The notes beneath the pieces are model-generated. The model was not told the origin of the DNA. It did not search any database and saw only the letters and a list, made by a program, of their open reading frames with translations. The position numbers and the translations under genes are program-made. A DNA stretch of 64,000 bases, taken from contig NIVC01000455.1 of NCBI GenBank assembly GCA_002269645.1, positions 186,001 to 250,000 on the forward strand, written 5' to 3'. This document shows, in pieces, positions 24,301 through 39,200 of the stretch (its first letter is position 1; the number at the start of each line of letters is the position of its first letter). The stretch comes from Macrostomum lignano. Taxonomy: Eukaryota.

Positions 24301-27300
24301 AGATCCTCATGCTGGGACACAGACTCTCCCAGATCCTCATGCTGGGACACAGACTCTCCCAGATCCTCATGCTGGAACACAGACTCTCCCAGATCCTCAT
24401 GCTGGGACACAGACTTTCCCAGATCCTCATGCTGGGACACAGACTTTCCCAGATCCTCATGCTGGAACACAGACTCTCCCAGATCCCCATGCTGGAACAC
24501 AGACTCTCCCAGATCCCCATGCTGGAACACAGACTCTCCCAGATCCCCATGCTCGTAGACAGACTCTCAGATCCTTGGGTTGCTTAATATCAGTAATTTA
24601 AATTTAGTAAGTAGTAATATAGTAGAGTAATGAAAATATAATATATCAAGGGACTCACAATTTCCGGCAGTCGTAGCCCCCACCCGCAGCTACAGACTAT
24701 GTTACACTTGTGAGAGATTGAACTCAGTTATGTGCAGCCGAGAGTTGGCCCTGCATCTGTCAGCATCTTTTGCTGATTGCAGACTTGTCTGGGCCATAGT
24801 GAGCGCTGCGTACAGTCTTCGCTTGATCAGAGGCCTGCTGTACTAGTACTGTATATATCATTTGCGCACAAACCTTTTTAGTTCCTCATGTTGGGACTCT
24901 CCAAGATCCCATGCTGGAACACGAACTCTCCCAGATCTCATGCTAGGACACAGACTCTCCCAGATCCTCAGTTTCTGGGCCAGCCTCCCAGATCCTCAGT
25001 TGCTGGGCTGCCAGCCTCCCGATCCTCAGTTGCTGGGCTACCACCCTCCCAGATCCTCAGTTGCTGGGCCAGCCTCCCAGATCCTCAGTTGCTGGGCTAC
25101 CACCCTCCCAGATCCTCAGTTGCTGGGCCAGCCTCCCAGAGTGTCAGTTTCTGGGCCAGCCTCCCCGATCCTCAGTTGCTGGGCCAGCCTCCCAGATCCT
25201 CAGTTGCTGGGCTACCACCCTCCCAGATCCTCAGTTGCTGGGCCAGCTTCCCAGATCCTCAGTTGGTGGGCCAGCCTCCCGGATCCTCAGTTGCTGGGCT
25301 GCCAGCCTCCCAGATCCTCAGTTGCTGGGCTACCACCCTCCCAGATCCTCAGTTGCTGGGCCAGCCTCCCAGATCCTCAGTTGCTGGGCCAGCCTCCCAG
25401 ATAGGCAGTTTTATATTGCTCCTATCGTCTCCATAGCCTTCGAAAATGCCACCCATGCAAACTCTGCAGCCGTGTCAGCAGTGCTGGACAGCCTGGAGGA
25501 TATGCAGTGCCTCACCGAGTGCAACGAAGGCGATCGAGACCTGCTGCAGTCGGTGTTCGAAAATGACACCCTGCATTCGCTGCTCGAGGTGAGTCTGAAG
25601 TCCGAGTTTAGCAGCATTCATTTTCATTTTTTATTCTTTTTAATAACTTTTTCCATAAATGTTTCAACACCTCTACTCTTTTTCAGTTATAAGTAGTAAT
25701 ATTTATACAGATCTATCTGATATGATAAATACAGTAAATAAACAGCTAAATTTGAATTTTCCGCCTGCCTTCCGGCCCTGGGCTGGCCTCTCTCTCTGGG
25801 TGCAGAATTTGAATTTGGGGATATCCCGATTTTCCCCGAATCCCCGGGGGGTTTGGCGGCTGATCTGCGAGTGTGCAGAATACTCATGCTAGTATTGTTT
25901 TGTAGTGGACTGGCGCCTGCTAACTTTGTTATCGTCTGTCCCATCTTCGAGTCCGAGTGACTCCTTCTGCTGCTTTGCATCTCGTGCAGATAGGGGAATG
26001 AGATCTGTTGCACTGTAGGAGGCTGCTGGCTACTGTAGGTAATCTATTGAATACTTTAGTGCCACACTCTGAATTCTCCCCGTGCCGCACTCTGAATTCC
26101 CCCAGTGCCACACACTGAATTCTCCCCGTGCCGCACTCTGAATTCTCCCCGTGCCGCACTCTGAATTCCCCCAGTGCCACACACTGAATTCTCCCCGTGC
26201 CGCACTCTGAATTCTCTCCGTGCCGCACTCTGAATTCCCCCAGTGCCACACTCTGAATTCTCCCCGTGCCGCACTCTGAATTCCCCCAGTGCCACACTCT
26301 GAATTCCCCCAGTGCCACACTGAATCCCCCCAATGCCACATTCTGAATCCCCCCAGTGCTACACTCTGAATTCCCCCAGTGCCACACTGAATCCCCCCAA
26401 TGCCACATTCTGAATCCCCCCAGTGCTACACTCTGAATTCCCCCAGTGCCACACTGAATCCCCCCAATGCCACATTCTGAATCCCCCCAGTGCTACACTG
26501 AATCCCCCCAATGCCACATTCTGAATCCCCCCAGTGCTACACTCTGAATTCCCCCACACTGAATTCCCCCAATGCCACATTCTGAATCCCCCCAGTGCTA
26601 CACTGAATTCCCCAATGCCACATTCTGAATCCCCCCAGTGCCACACTGAATTCCCCCAATGCCACATTCTGAATCCCCCCAGTGCTACACTCTGAATCCC
26701 CCCAGTGCTGCACTCTGAATTCCCTCCGTGCCACACTCTGAATTCCCTTAGTGTCACACTCTGAATTCCCCCCAGTGCCACACTCTGAACTCTCCCAGTG
26801 CCACTCTGAATTTCCCCAGTGCTGCACTCTGAACTCCCTCAGTGCCACACTCTGAATTTCCTCAGGGCCACACTCTGAATTCTCCCAGTGCCACACTCTG
26901 AATTCTCTCAGGGCCACACTGAATTCTCCCAGTGCCACACTCTGAATTCCCCCCAGTGTCACACTCTGAATTTCCCCAGTGCTGCACTCTGAACTCCCTC
27001 AGTGCCACACTCTGAATTTCCTCAGGGCCACACTCTGAATTCTCCCAGTGCCACACTCTGAATTCTCTCAGGGCCACACTCTGAATTCTCCCAGTGCCAC
27101 ACTCTGAATTCCCCCAGTGCCACACTCTGAATTCTCCCAGTGCCACACTCTGAATTCTCTCAGGGCCACACTCTGAATTCTCCCAGTGCCACACTCTGAA
27201 TTCCCCCAGTGCCACACTCTGAATTCCCCCCAGTGTCACACTCTGAATTTCCCCAGTGCTGCACTCTGAACTCCCTCAGTGCCACACTCTGAATTTCCTC

Positions 27301-29105
27301 AGGGCCACACTCTGAATTCTCCCAGTGCCACACTCTGAATTCTCCCAGTGCCACACTCTGAATTCCCCCAGTGCCACACTCTGAATTCCCCCCAGTGTCA
27401 CACTCTGAATTTCCCCAGTGCTGCACTCTGAACTCCCTCAGTGCCACACTCTGAATTTCCTCAGGGCCACACTCTGAATTCTCCCAGTGCCACACTCTGA
27501 ATTCTCCCAGTGCCACACTCTGAATTCTCTCAGGGCCACACTCTGAATTCCCTCAGTGCCACATTCTCAATTCCCTCAGTGCCACATTCTCAATTCCCTT
27601 ATTGAACTGTAGTATTAAATTGTTTTTTTAATCTAATTGACTAACTGTTTTAATGTAAATACAAAGTGCATCGTGTACTACGAAAGCTGATCCTCAACCC
27701 GTCCCGGCCACTTCCCCAGCTGTACGATCACATCAACAGTCGCAATCTGAGCGGCTCGGCCATTCGCGGACAGATCCCGGACAAAGCGGTCAGCCTCGGC
27801 CGGGACGTTCTCGACAGCATCGGCCAGTGCCGCTCCAGGGAGTTCTACAGCGACTGCATGGAGCTGCGGGAGCTGCTGCTGCAGCCGCACTTCAGGGTGA
27901 GCAGCTGCCGGGGTGCGGGCGATGAGGGAGAATTGAGGCCGCACTGAATCGAATTGTCAGTTATCAGTGTCGCGCTGTCTGCGTGGCGCCAAAATAGCCT
28001 TTCTTAGCGCCAAAATATCCCTTTCTTGGCGCCAAAATATCCCTTCTTTCTTGGCGCCAAAATATCCCTTCTTTCTTGGCGCCAAAATACCCCTTCTTTC
28101 TTGGCGCCAAAATAGCCCTTCTTTCTTGGCGCCAAAATACCCCTTCTTGGCGCTAGACAGCCTCTTAGCGCCAAAATACCCCTTCTTGGCATAAAAATAC
28201 CCCTTCTTGCTTGGCGCCAAAATACCCCTTCTTTCTTGGCGCCAAAATAGCCCTTCTTTCTTGGCGCCAAAATACCCCTTCTTGGCGCTAGACAGCCTCT
28301 TAGCGCCAAAATACCCCTTCTTGGCATAAAAATACCCCTTCTTGCTTGGCGCCAAAATACCCCTTCTTTCTTGGCGCCAAAAATACCCCTTCTTTCTTGG
28401 CGCCAAAATACCCCTTCTTGGCGCTAGACAGCCTCTTAGCGCCAAAATACCTCTTCTTGGCATAAAAATACCCCTTCTTGCTTGGCGCCAAAATACCCCT
28501 TCTAGGCGCCAAAATACTCGTTCTTGGTACTAAAATACCCCTTCTAGGCGTTACACAGCCTCCTTTGCGCCAAAATATATCTCTTCTTGGCGCCATGCAG
28601 CTTCCGTGGCCCTAAAATACCCCTCCTTCCAGCATGCCCAGGCACCCATTCTTTCACACTGGTGCGCCTTCATCAGCCAAAATGGCTCCAGGCCGCAGAA
28701 AGGCAGTTTGAATCCGCGAATTGCAAAAACATTTTAGCGTTTTTCCACCAGCCACTTCTGTGCCTGGGAACTTTTATTGTCACTTTTTTATGCAGAATTT
28801 ACAACTGCAAGAGTGTGCAGCCCGCATGAAGTGGCTGGTCCGGCACGGCGCCTGCAGACTGACAATTTCATGTCTCTCCCCCTGTGGGCATTAATCTTCT
28901 GACTGCGGGAGTCTCTCCGTGCCAGCATGCAGACAGACTGTGCTGTGTCCGGCTTTTCCCAACACCGCCTCTGCCAAATGGATGCCCTGCAGAGTCTGGG
29001 CTGCTCGATCGATTGGGAGAGTAGAATTTGACTGACTGACTGACTGACTGACTGACTGACTGACTGACTGACTGACTGACTGACTGACTGACTGACGGAC
29101 TGACT

Positions 29106-29137
<32 letters not shown>

Positions 29138-30231
29138 GACTGACTGACTGACTGACTGACTGACTGACTGACTGACTGACTGACTGACTGACTGACTGAC
29201 TGACTGACTGACTGACTGACTGACTTGAGTGAGTGGGTGACTGACTGACTGACTGACTGACTGACTGACTGACTTGAGTGAGTGGGTGACTGACTGACTG
29301 ACTGACTGACTGACTGACTGACTGACTGACTGACTGACTGACTGACTGACTGACTGACTGACTGACTGACTGACTGACTGACTGACTGACTGACTGACTG
29401 ACTGACTTGAGTGAGTGGGTGACTGACTGACTGACTGACTGACTGACTGACTGACTGACTGCCTGCCTGACTGACTGACTGGCTGACTGACTGACTGCCT
29501 GCCTGACTGACTGACTTGAGTGAGTGGGTGACTGACTGACTGACTGACTGACTGACAGGCAGGCAGAGAGGAAAATTCCGATGGAACGGGGAGAGCCGCA
29601 GCTGCCTGTCAGCAGTTGTGTGCTGTTGCTAATCCAGCAGAGATTGGATTAATAAAAGTATGCTTCGCGTGGGATTTTTCGCTTCGACCCACCGGCCACC
29701 CCAGCCGTGCGCTGCGCTTGTTCGGCGCGATTCGCTTCTGCTGCGAATCGGGGGTCCCGGCCCGCCCCCTCCCTTCCTGGTCGCCTCCTCGCGCATAAAT
29801 TCCGAGCTGCCCAGCGCCAGGTCCTGAGGTAGGAAAAACCCGAAAGCTCAGTTGTTGGCTGTCAGAAGAGGCCTTGCTTAGCAGCGATCGATCAATCGGA
29901 ATTCGGAGCTGCTCCTGAGTAGCGGCCAGGGGATTTTGATGCAGCCCGCGGCAGCTGGCCAGCTGCTCTGCCAGTGCGAGCGGTGCCGCCCCCGCTGCCG
30001 GCAGCTGCTCGCCCCGCAGTGCGGGCTGAGTAAGGATGACCTCGTCATCTGGGTGAGCGCCTGCCTGTGTCTGTCTGTCTGCCTGTCTGCCTGCCTGTCT
30101 GTCCGTCTGTCTGCCTGTCTGTCTGTCTGCCTGTCTGCCTGTCTGCCTGCCTGCCTGCCTGCCTGCCTGTCTGTCTGTCTTAGTGTCTGTCTGTCTGTGT
30201 GTCTGTTCTAGTGTCTGTCCGTCTGTCTTAG

Positions 30232-30264
<33 letters not shown>

Positions 30265-33200
30265 TTCTGACTGTCTTAGCGTCTGTCAGTCCATCATTAT
30301 TTGTTTATTTTCCCACCATATATTCCCAGCCATTAACACCAGCCCAGAAGGCTTCCACAAGTTCTCCAATGCAAGTAGTGCAGAATTATTGAGAGCTAAC
30401 AGTGAATAAAATTATTTTTTTAACAATAGTGCAGTGCCTTGAGGTCAGTTAACTAGCATTTTGACCGAACATTTTTGCCTGACTGACTTTGAGAATTTGT
30501 GGCTTTGGCAAGCCTTGCTCTGCAGCAGTGCCCGATCGTTATCAGCGGGTGCAGCCGTATGCAATGGTGATGCACTGGAGAGCCGGCCTCGTATCGGCCA
30601 GTGATTGCTTTTTCACATTAGTATTGATCTGGCTTTCACACTGGCTTCCTTATTGGCGCCACACTGACTTCCCTGTTGGCGCCACACTGGCTTCCTTATT
30701 ACCAGACTGCATAGGTTCCTTTTGGCGCCACACTGGTTTCTTCATGGGCGCCACACTGGCTTCCCTATCGGCGCCACACTGGCTGCATTTTTGGCGCCAC
30801 ACTGGCTGTCTTTTTGGCGCCAAACTGGCTGTCTTTTTGGCGCCAAACTGGCTGTCTTTTTGGCGCCACACTGGCTGTCTTTTTGGCGCCACACTAGCTG
30901 TCTTTTTGGTGCCACACTGGCTTCCTTATGGGTGCCACACTGACTTCCTTATTGGCGCCACACTGTTTTACTTTTGGGCGCCACACTGGTTTACTTATGG
31001 GCGCCACACTGGTTTACTTATGGGCGCCACACTGGTTTCTTGATGGACGCCACACTGGTTTCCTTATGGGCGCCACACTGGTTTCTTTATGGGCGCCACA
31101 CTGGTTTCTTTATGGGCGCCACACTGGTTTACTTATGGGCGCCACACTGGTTTCCTTATGGGCGCCACACTAGTTTCTTGATGGGCGCCACACTGGTTTC
31201 TTTATGGGCGCCACACTGGCTTCCCCATCGGCGCCACACTGGCTTCCCTATCGGCGCCACACTGGTTTCCTTATGGGCGCCACACTGGTTTCCTTATTGG
31301 CGCCACACTGGTTTACTTATGGGCGCCACACTGGTTTCCTTATGGGCGCCACACTAGTTTCTTGATGGGCGCCACACTGGTTTCTTTATGGGCGCCACAC
31401 TGGCTTCCCCATCGGCGCCACACTGGCTTCCTTATCGGCGCCACACTGGTTTCCTTATTGGCGCCACACTGGTTTAATTATGGGCGCCACACTGGTTTCC
31501 TTATGGGCGCCACACTAGTTTCTTTTTGGGCGCCACACTGGTTTCTTTATGGGCGCCACACTGGTTTCTTTATGGGCGCCACACTGGCTTCCCCATCGGC
31601 GCCACACTGGCTTCCCCATCGGCGCCACACTGGCTTCCCCATCGGCGCCACACTGGCTTCCCCATCGGCGCCACATACTGACTGCTTAATAAATGATATT
31701 CAAACAAAACTCTAGAGCCAATCCTATATTTCCCACTAAATCCTACCCTTAACTCTGCAGGCGCTCCTTCAAGCCCACGACGTGCTCGCCCACGACGTGT
31801 ACAGCGACCAGGCCATCCGGGTGACCCCGCCGCCGCTGTCCTCCTACCTGAACGGCGACATTGCCGACGAAGGTGGCCTGGACGCCGAACCCGACAATGT
31901 CACCCGAGTCAGGCTGGTGCAGTTTCAGAAGAACACCAATGAGCCAATGGTGGGTTTTCAATTACACTTTTATGGCTGTGCAGAGGGACAATTAAGCTAG
32001 TGGGGATTGTGTGAGTGAGCGAGAGACTGAGTGAGTGACTGAGTGAGTGAGTGACTGAGTGAATGAGTGAGTGACTCAGTGAATGAGTATACCTGTGCAA
32101 CTCCCGCTCAGCAAGTTGTCAAACTTTGATAAGAAAATTCTGAGTTTACTAACCGCTGTCAGCTCTGCTTAACTTTCAACGGTTCTGATCATTCTTAGTG
32201 TATTGATAATCACAAATCCCAACATGCTAAATAGCTCTTGTACTGACACACCTCTTTACCTGTGGGCATACTGTAACTTAAGCCATCACTCCTTCGCTTT
32301 ACTTTGCGTTTCTTTTTGCGTTTTCTACAAGCAAAGCGCATTAGCCATGATTGCTGCACCGCATTTACCAGCTCACCCCTCTCCACTGCGCAGGGCATCA
32401 CGCTGAAAATGTCCGAGGAGAACAAGATTATCGTGGCCAGGATTATGCACGGCGGCATGATTCACAGGCAGGGTAAGACTGCCGTTCACAGGTTTAGATT
32501 GTGCAGTGCAGGGGGTTCAAATCCTGCAAATTGACGTTTGATTTTGGAATCCGAATTTACGGGTCCCCATCTTCATGGATCCCCAACTTCACGTATCCCC
32601 ATCTTCACGGATCCCCATCTTCATGGATCCCCAACTTCACGGATCCTCAATCTTCTCGGATCCCCAACTCCACGGATCCTCAATCTTCTCGGATCCCCAT
32701 CTTCACGGATCCTTAATCTTCACGGATCCTTAATCTTCACGGATCCTCTATCTTTAGAGATCCTTAATCTTCGCGGATCCCCATCTTCACGGATCCTTAA
32801 TCTTCACGGATCCCCATCTTCATGGATCCCCAACTTCACGGATCCTCAATCTTCTCGGATCCCCATCTTCACGGATCCCCATCTTCACGGATCCCCAACT
32901 TCACGGATCCCCATCTTCATGGATCCCCATCTTCACGGATCCCCATCTTCACGGATCCCCATCTTCACGGATCCCCATCTTCATGGATCCCCATCTTCAC
33001 GGATCCCCATCTTCACGGATCCCCATCTTCATGGATCCCCATCTTCACGGATCCCCAACTTCACGGATCCCCATCTTCATGGATCCCCATCTTCACGGAT
33101 CCCCAACTTCACGGATCCCCATCTTCACGGATCCTCAATCTTCATGGATCCTTAATCTTCACGGATCCTCAATCTTCACGGATCCTCAATCTTCACGGAT

Positions 33201-36200
33201 CCCCATCTTCACGGATCCCCAACTTCACGGATCCCCATCTTCATGGATCCCCAACTTCACGGATCCCCATCTTCATGGATCCCCATCTTCACGGATCCCC
33301 ATCTTCACGGATCCCCATCTTCACGGATCCTTAATCTTCATGGATCCCCATCTTCATGGATCCCCATCTTCACGGATCCCCAACTTCACGGATCCCCATC
33401 TTCACGGATCCTCAATCTTCATGGATCCTTTATCTTCACGGATCCTCAATCTTCACGGATCCTCAATCTTCACGGATCCCCATCTTCATGGATCCCCAAC
33501 TTCACGGATCCCCATCTTCATGGATCCCCATCTTCACGGATCCCCATCTTCACGGATCCTCAATCTTCATGGATCCCCATCTTCACGGATCCCCATCTTC
33601 ACGGATCCCCAACTTCACGGATCCTTAATCTTCATGGATCCCCATCTTCACGGATCCCCAACTTCACGGATCCCCATCTTCATGGATCCCCATCTTCACG
33701 GATCCCCAACTTCACGGATCCCCATCTTCACGGATCCTCAATCTTCATGGATCCTTAATCTTCACGGATCCTCAATCTTTATGGATCCTTAATCTTCACG
33801 GATCCTCAATCTTCATGGATCCTTAATCTTCACGGATCCTCAATCTTCACGGATCCTCAATCTTCATGGATCCTTAATCTTCATGGATCCTTAATCTTCA
33901 CAAATCCTTAATCTTCACGGATCCTCAATCTTCGTGGATCCTCAATCTTCACGGATCCTCAATCTTCATGGATCCTTAATCTTCACGGATCCTCAATCTT
34001 CGCGGATCTTTAATCTTCATGGATTCCTCCATATCTTCAGGGATCCCTGATTCGCTATCTTCACGGACTCCCATATTCACGAATCCCTCATCTCCACTGA
34101 CTCCCATATTCACCGATTCCTGATTTTCGTAATTCCAATCTTAATTAGTCACTATCCAGGCAACAGCATAAAGGCAATAAACTTTTAGGTTTTTTATATC
34201 TTATAACATTTAAAGAAACGTGCATTTCTACTTTTAAGTAGCGTAACTAAGATGTCTGCGAATTCTATGATGTTTTTATTATAAAATATTTTCAAGGCAC
34301 GCTTCATGTTGGCGACGAGATTCGAGAAATCAATGGCGAGCCGGTGCTTGGCCAGTCCGTTGAGGCTCTGCAGCGACTGCTGGTGAGTTTTGGCCCCTAA
34401 ATGCTTGTGTTATTTTGCTTTACATGTGGTTGTGTCAGATTAGCTTTATTAGAGCACTCCGATTCAGTCATTCACCTCAGTTTCATTTATAATAATGAAA
34501 ATATTAATTTTCTGCAGTATGTCTCTGACATATGCTGTTTTGTCTACTGTCAGTAGCGTGTCCGGAGCATTGACCTACAGGCTATTATCTATCGTGTTTA
34601 TTAAATTCGCAGAAATCTCTACGCGGCATGGTGACAATAAAAATTGTGCCAAGCCTTTGCGCGCCTAAGACAGTGTGCCAATCGTTCAAGGAGGTAAACT
34701 TGGTGATTTCTTTGTGCGGGTTGGTGTGCTACTGTGTATGAGAGGTCTGTGTGGGGGGGGAGTAGACAGGTCAGATTAGAGTAGATAAGTGCGAGGAGAG
34801 TAGACAGGTGAGATGAGCGTAGACAGGTGTGTTAGAAGTAGACAGGTGAGGTAGAGAGGTAGCCAGGTGAGGTAGAGAGGTGGACAGGTGAGGTAGAGAA
34901 GTAGACAGGTGAGGTAGAGAAGTAGACAGGTGAGGTAGAGAAGTAGACAGGTGAGGTAGAGAGGTAGCCAGGTGAGGTAGAGAGGTGGACAGGTGAGGTA
35001 GAGAGGTGGACAGGTGAGGTAGAGAAGTAGACAGGTGAGGTAGAGAGGTGGACAGGTGAGGTAGAGAGGTAGCCAGGTGAGGTAGAGAGGTGGACAGGTG
35101 AGGTAGAGAGGTGGACAGGTGAGGTAGAGAAGTAGACAGGTGAGGTAGAGAAGTAGACAGGTGAGGTAGAGAAGTAGACAGGTGAGGTAGAGAGGTAGCC
35201 AGGTGAGGTAGAGAGGTGGACAGGTGAGGTAGAGAGGTGGACAGGTGAGGTAGAGAAGTAGACAGGTGAGGTAGAGAAGTAGACAGGTGAGGTAGAGAGG
35301 TAGCCAGGTGAGGTAGAGAGGTGGACAGGTGAGGTAGAGAGGTAGACAGGTGAGGTAGAGAAGTAGACAGGTGAGGTAGAGAGGTAGCCAGGTGAGGTAG
35401 AGAGGTGGACAGGTGAGGTAGAGAAGTAGACAGGTGAGGTAGAGAAGTAGACAGGTGAGGTAGAGAGGTAGCCAGGTGAGGTAGAGAGGTGGACAGGTGA
35501 GGTAGAGAAGTAGACAGGTGAGGTAGAGAAGTAGACAGGTGAGGTAGAGAGGTAGCCAGGTGAGGTAGAGAGGTGGACAGGTGAGGTAGAGAGGTAGACA
35601 GGTGGTATGAGAGTAGACTGGAGGGATGAGGTAGACAGGGTAGGGAGACAGTAGACAGAGAGGGGAAATCAGAGCAGGTGGACAGCACAAGGTGAGTAAC
35701 CAATGGATGATGCAGCTGTGAGTGCAATCAGCATCTTTGTCCAGCTGCTGGTGATGTAGTTGGCTTACAATTGCTACGGCAGATGCTGAAGCTGTGCAAT
35801 GGGACTCCGCAGTCTCCGATGGAATGGCTTTTGCATTCAGCACTGCAGCAATGAAAATGTATTGTATAGCTGCTTCAATAAATTTCTACTTTTTATTCAC
35901 TTTAATAACCAGTGACTCCTGATATGATTTTGGTTATTAAAGTCTCACAGAATGTTTATGTCACTCACTAATATAAAATCATTATCTTATTTATCCTAGT
36001 CACGGTTCTGAGTGCACTCTATCCCCACTGCTCTTAACATTGAGCTATGGTTAGAGTTTATCATTTAGTTAATTTATATCTCACCTTATTGATAATAATT
36101 ATAAGTGTGCTTGGCTTTTGGTGCATTGTTCCATTTTGTAAAGCATTTTCAACTCACTTGCTCTGATTATGGTTTGTTTATGATCGACTGCTGACATGCA

Positions 36201-39200
36201 TTTTATACATATTATCATGAGCGATTTGTATGTACTGTACACTATCATGAGCAATGTACATGTCCTGTACACATAACCATGAGCAATGTACACGCATTGT
36301 ACACACTATCATGAGCAATGTACATGCACTGTACACATAATCATGAGCAATGTACATGCACTGTACACAATATCATGAGCAATTTACATGCACTGTACAC
36401 ATTATCATGAGCAATGTACATGCATTGTACACAATATCATGAGCAATGTACATGCACTGTACACATTATCATGAGCAATGTACATGCACTGTACACATTA
36501 TCATGAGCAATGTACATGCATTGTACACAATATCATGAGCAATGTACATGCACTGTACACATTATCATGAGCAATGTACATGCACTGTACACATTATCAT
36601 GAGCAATGTACATGCACTGTACACATTATCATGAGCAATGTACATGTCCTGTACACACTGTCATGAGCAATGTACATGCACTGTACACACTATCATGAGC
36701 AATGTACATATAAGTATGCATTATTATAGACAGTATACAAGTTATTTTCATTGTACAAATATAGCATGCGCATTGTCGTGTGGAATGTGCATAAATTATG
36801 TACATGCGATCAAGCTCAGTCAAATCGGTGGGAAGGCAGTGCTGTTTTAATAATTTACAAGTATTGCCTATATTTTCTAGTTTATTCTCCCACACTGCGC
36901 TTTTTCTAAGAAATCAATTTTCCTATTGGCTAATCGGAGTGCTCCCGCAACAGCAGGCGACCCTGCTCAGTTCTTAGATGCAATCGAGTCGTGAATCGCA
37001 GGCTTATTACTTTAATTTTCTAAACACATTTCAGAAAGAGGCTCGGGGCAGCGTCACTTTGAAAATTGTACCCAGCTACCGAAATCACCCAATGCAGTGC
37101 GAGGTATACCAGCAATCATGGATTCCATCACATTCACGGGTGCATTCACTCACGAATTCACTCATTATGGATTCACTCATTCACCTCATTCACTGATTCA
37201 CTCATTCACGGATGCATTCATTCACGAATTCACTCATTACGGATGCATTCATTCATGGGTTCACTCATTCACGGATGCATTCATTCACTAATACATTCAT
37301 TCACGGATGCATTCATTCACGGGTTCACTCATTCACGGATGCATTCATTCACGATTTCACTCATTCACGGATGCATTCATTCACTAATACATTCATTCAC
37401 GGGTTCACTCATTCACGGATGCATTCATTCACGATTTCACTCATTCACGGATGCATTCATTCACTAATACATTCATTCACGGATGCATTCATTCACGGGT
37501 TCACTCATTCACGGATGCATTCATTCACGATTTCACTCATTCACGGATGCATTCATTCACTAATACATTCATTCACGGATGCATTCATTCACGGGTTCAC
37601 TCATTCACGGATGCATTCATTCACGATTTCACTCATTCACGGATGCATTCATTCACTAATACATTCATTCACGGATGCATTCATTCACGGGTTCACTCAT
37701 TCACGGATGCATTCATTCACGAATTCACTCATTCACGGATGCATTCATTCACTAATACATTCATTCACGGATGCATTCATTCACGGGTTCACTCATTCAC
37801 GGATGCATTCATTCACGAATTCACTCATTCACGGATGCATTCATTCACTAATACATTCATTCACGGATGCATTCATTCACGGGTTCACTCATTCACGGAT
37901 GCATTCATTCACGATTTCACTGATTTATTCACGGATGCATTCATTCACGAGTTCATTCATTTATGGGTTCACTCATTCACTAATACATTCATTCACGGCT
38001 TCACTCATTCATGTGTTCAGTCATTCATGGATACATTAATTCACGGCTTCACTCATTCATGGGTTCAGTCATTCATGGATACATTAATTCACGGGTTCAC
38101 TCATTTGCCTAATCACCGACTCGTTCATAGATCCACAAAATTCAGTCTTTCATTTATCAACTCCTTCAATCGCGTGTTGAAATTTATGATTATGAAAAAC
38201 TTGCTCGCTTATTGGCTTCTGTTGTGCGACCTCTGATTGACCATTCCAATTTTTAAGTTGATTTGGATATTTCTATTTTTTAATTGCTAAATCTTACAGC
38301 CCTGCACTAAGTTCGATTTTCTTTTATACTAAACAGCATTAAATCACGTGAATTGATCTAGTTTTCCCATCAAAATTCCCGATCGTATAATTCACGAAGA
38401 CTGTATATTCTGTAATTTTTCTGTCCCGGAATCTGTAAGAATCAGGGTTCGAGATCAGGCTCGCCCATCTGTGCATGAATACACAGTCCTGTGTTTACCG
38501 ACTGGGCACTCTCCCAGATCCTTAGTTGCTGGGCCAGCCTCCCAGATCCTCAGTTGCTGGGCCAGCCTCCCAGATCCTCAGTTGGTGGGCCAGCTTCCCA
38601 GATCCTCAGTTGCTGGGCCAGCCTCGCAGATCCTCAGTTGGTGGGCCAGCCTCCCAGATCCTCAGTTGCTGGGCCAGCCTCCCAGATCCTCAGTTGGTGG
38701 GCCAGCTTCCCAGATCCTCAGTTGCTGGGCCAGCCTCGCAGATCCTCAGTTGGTGGGCCAGCCTCCCAGATCCTCAGTTGCTGGGCCAGCCTCCCAGATC
38801 CTCAGTTGGTGGGCCAGCCTCCCAGATCCTCAGTTGCTGGGCCAGCCTCCCAGATCCTCAGTTGGTGGGCCAGCCTCCCAGATCCTCAGGTGCTGGGCCA
38901 GCTTCCCATATCACTTCATGATTGTAGTGCTACTAAATTCATGCATTATAAATGTCGCCCATCTGCGCATAAACATGAAATTCTGCTGTTCATTTCCAAT
39001 ATGTTAGTTTTTTAAACCTTTTTTAATGTCATAGACTTAAGTTGACTAATTAGTAGCAACATTAATGTTACTTTAATAGTGCTAGTTAGCTTGCAAATGT
39101 GATCAGTGCTCCTTTCTGGTTTGAATAATATGTGAACTGAATGATTTTTAATAAATTTTTAACCACCGTTTTGTCTACTTACAGTCTAAGTGTCAGTAGC

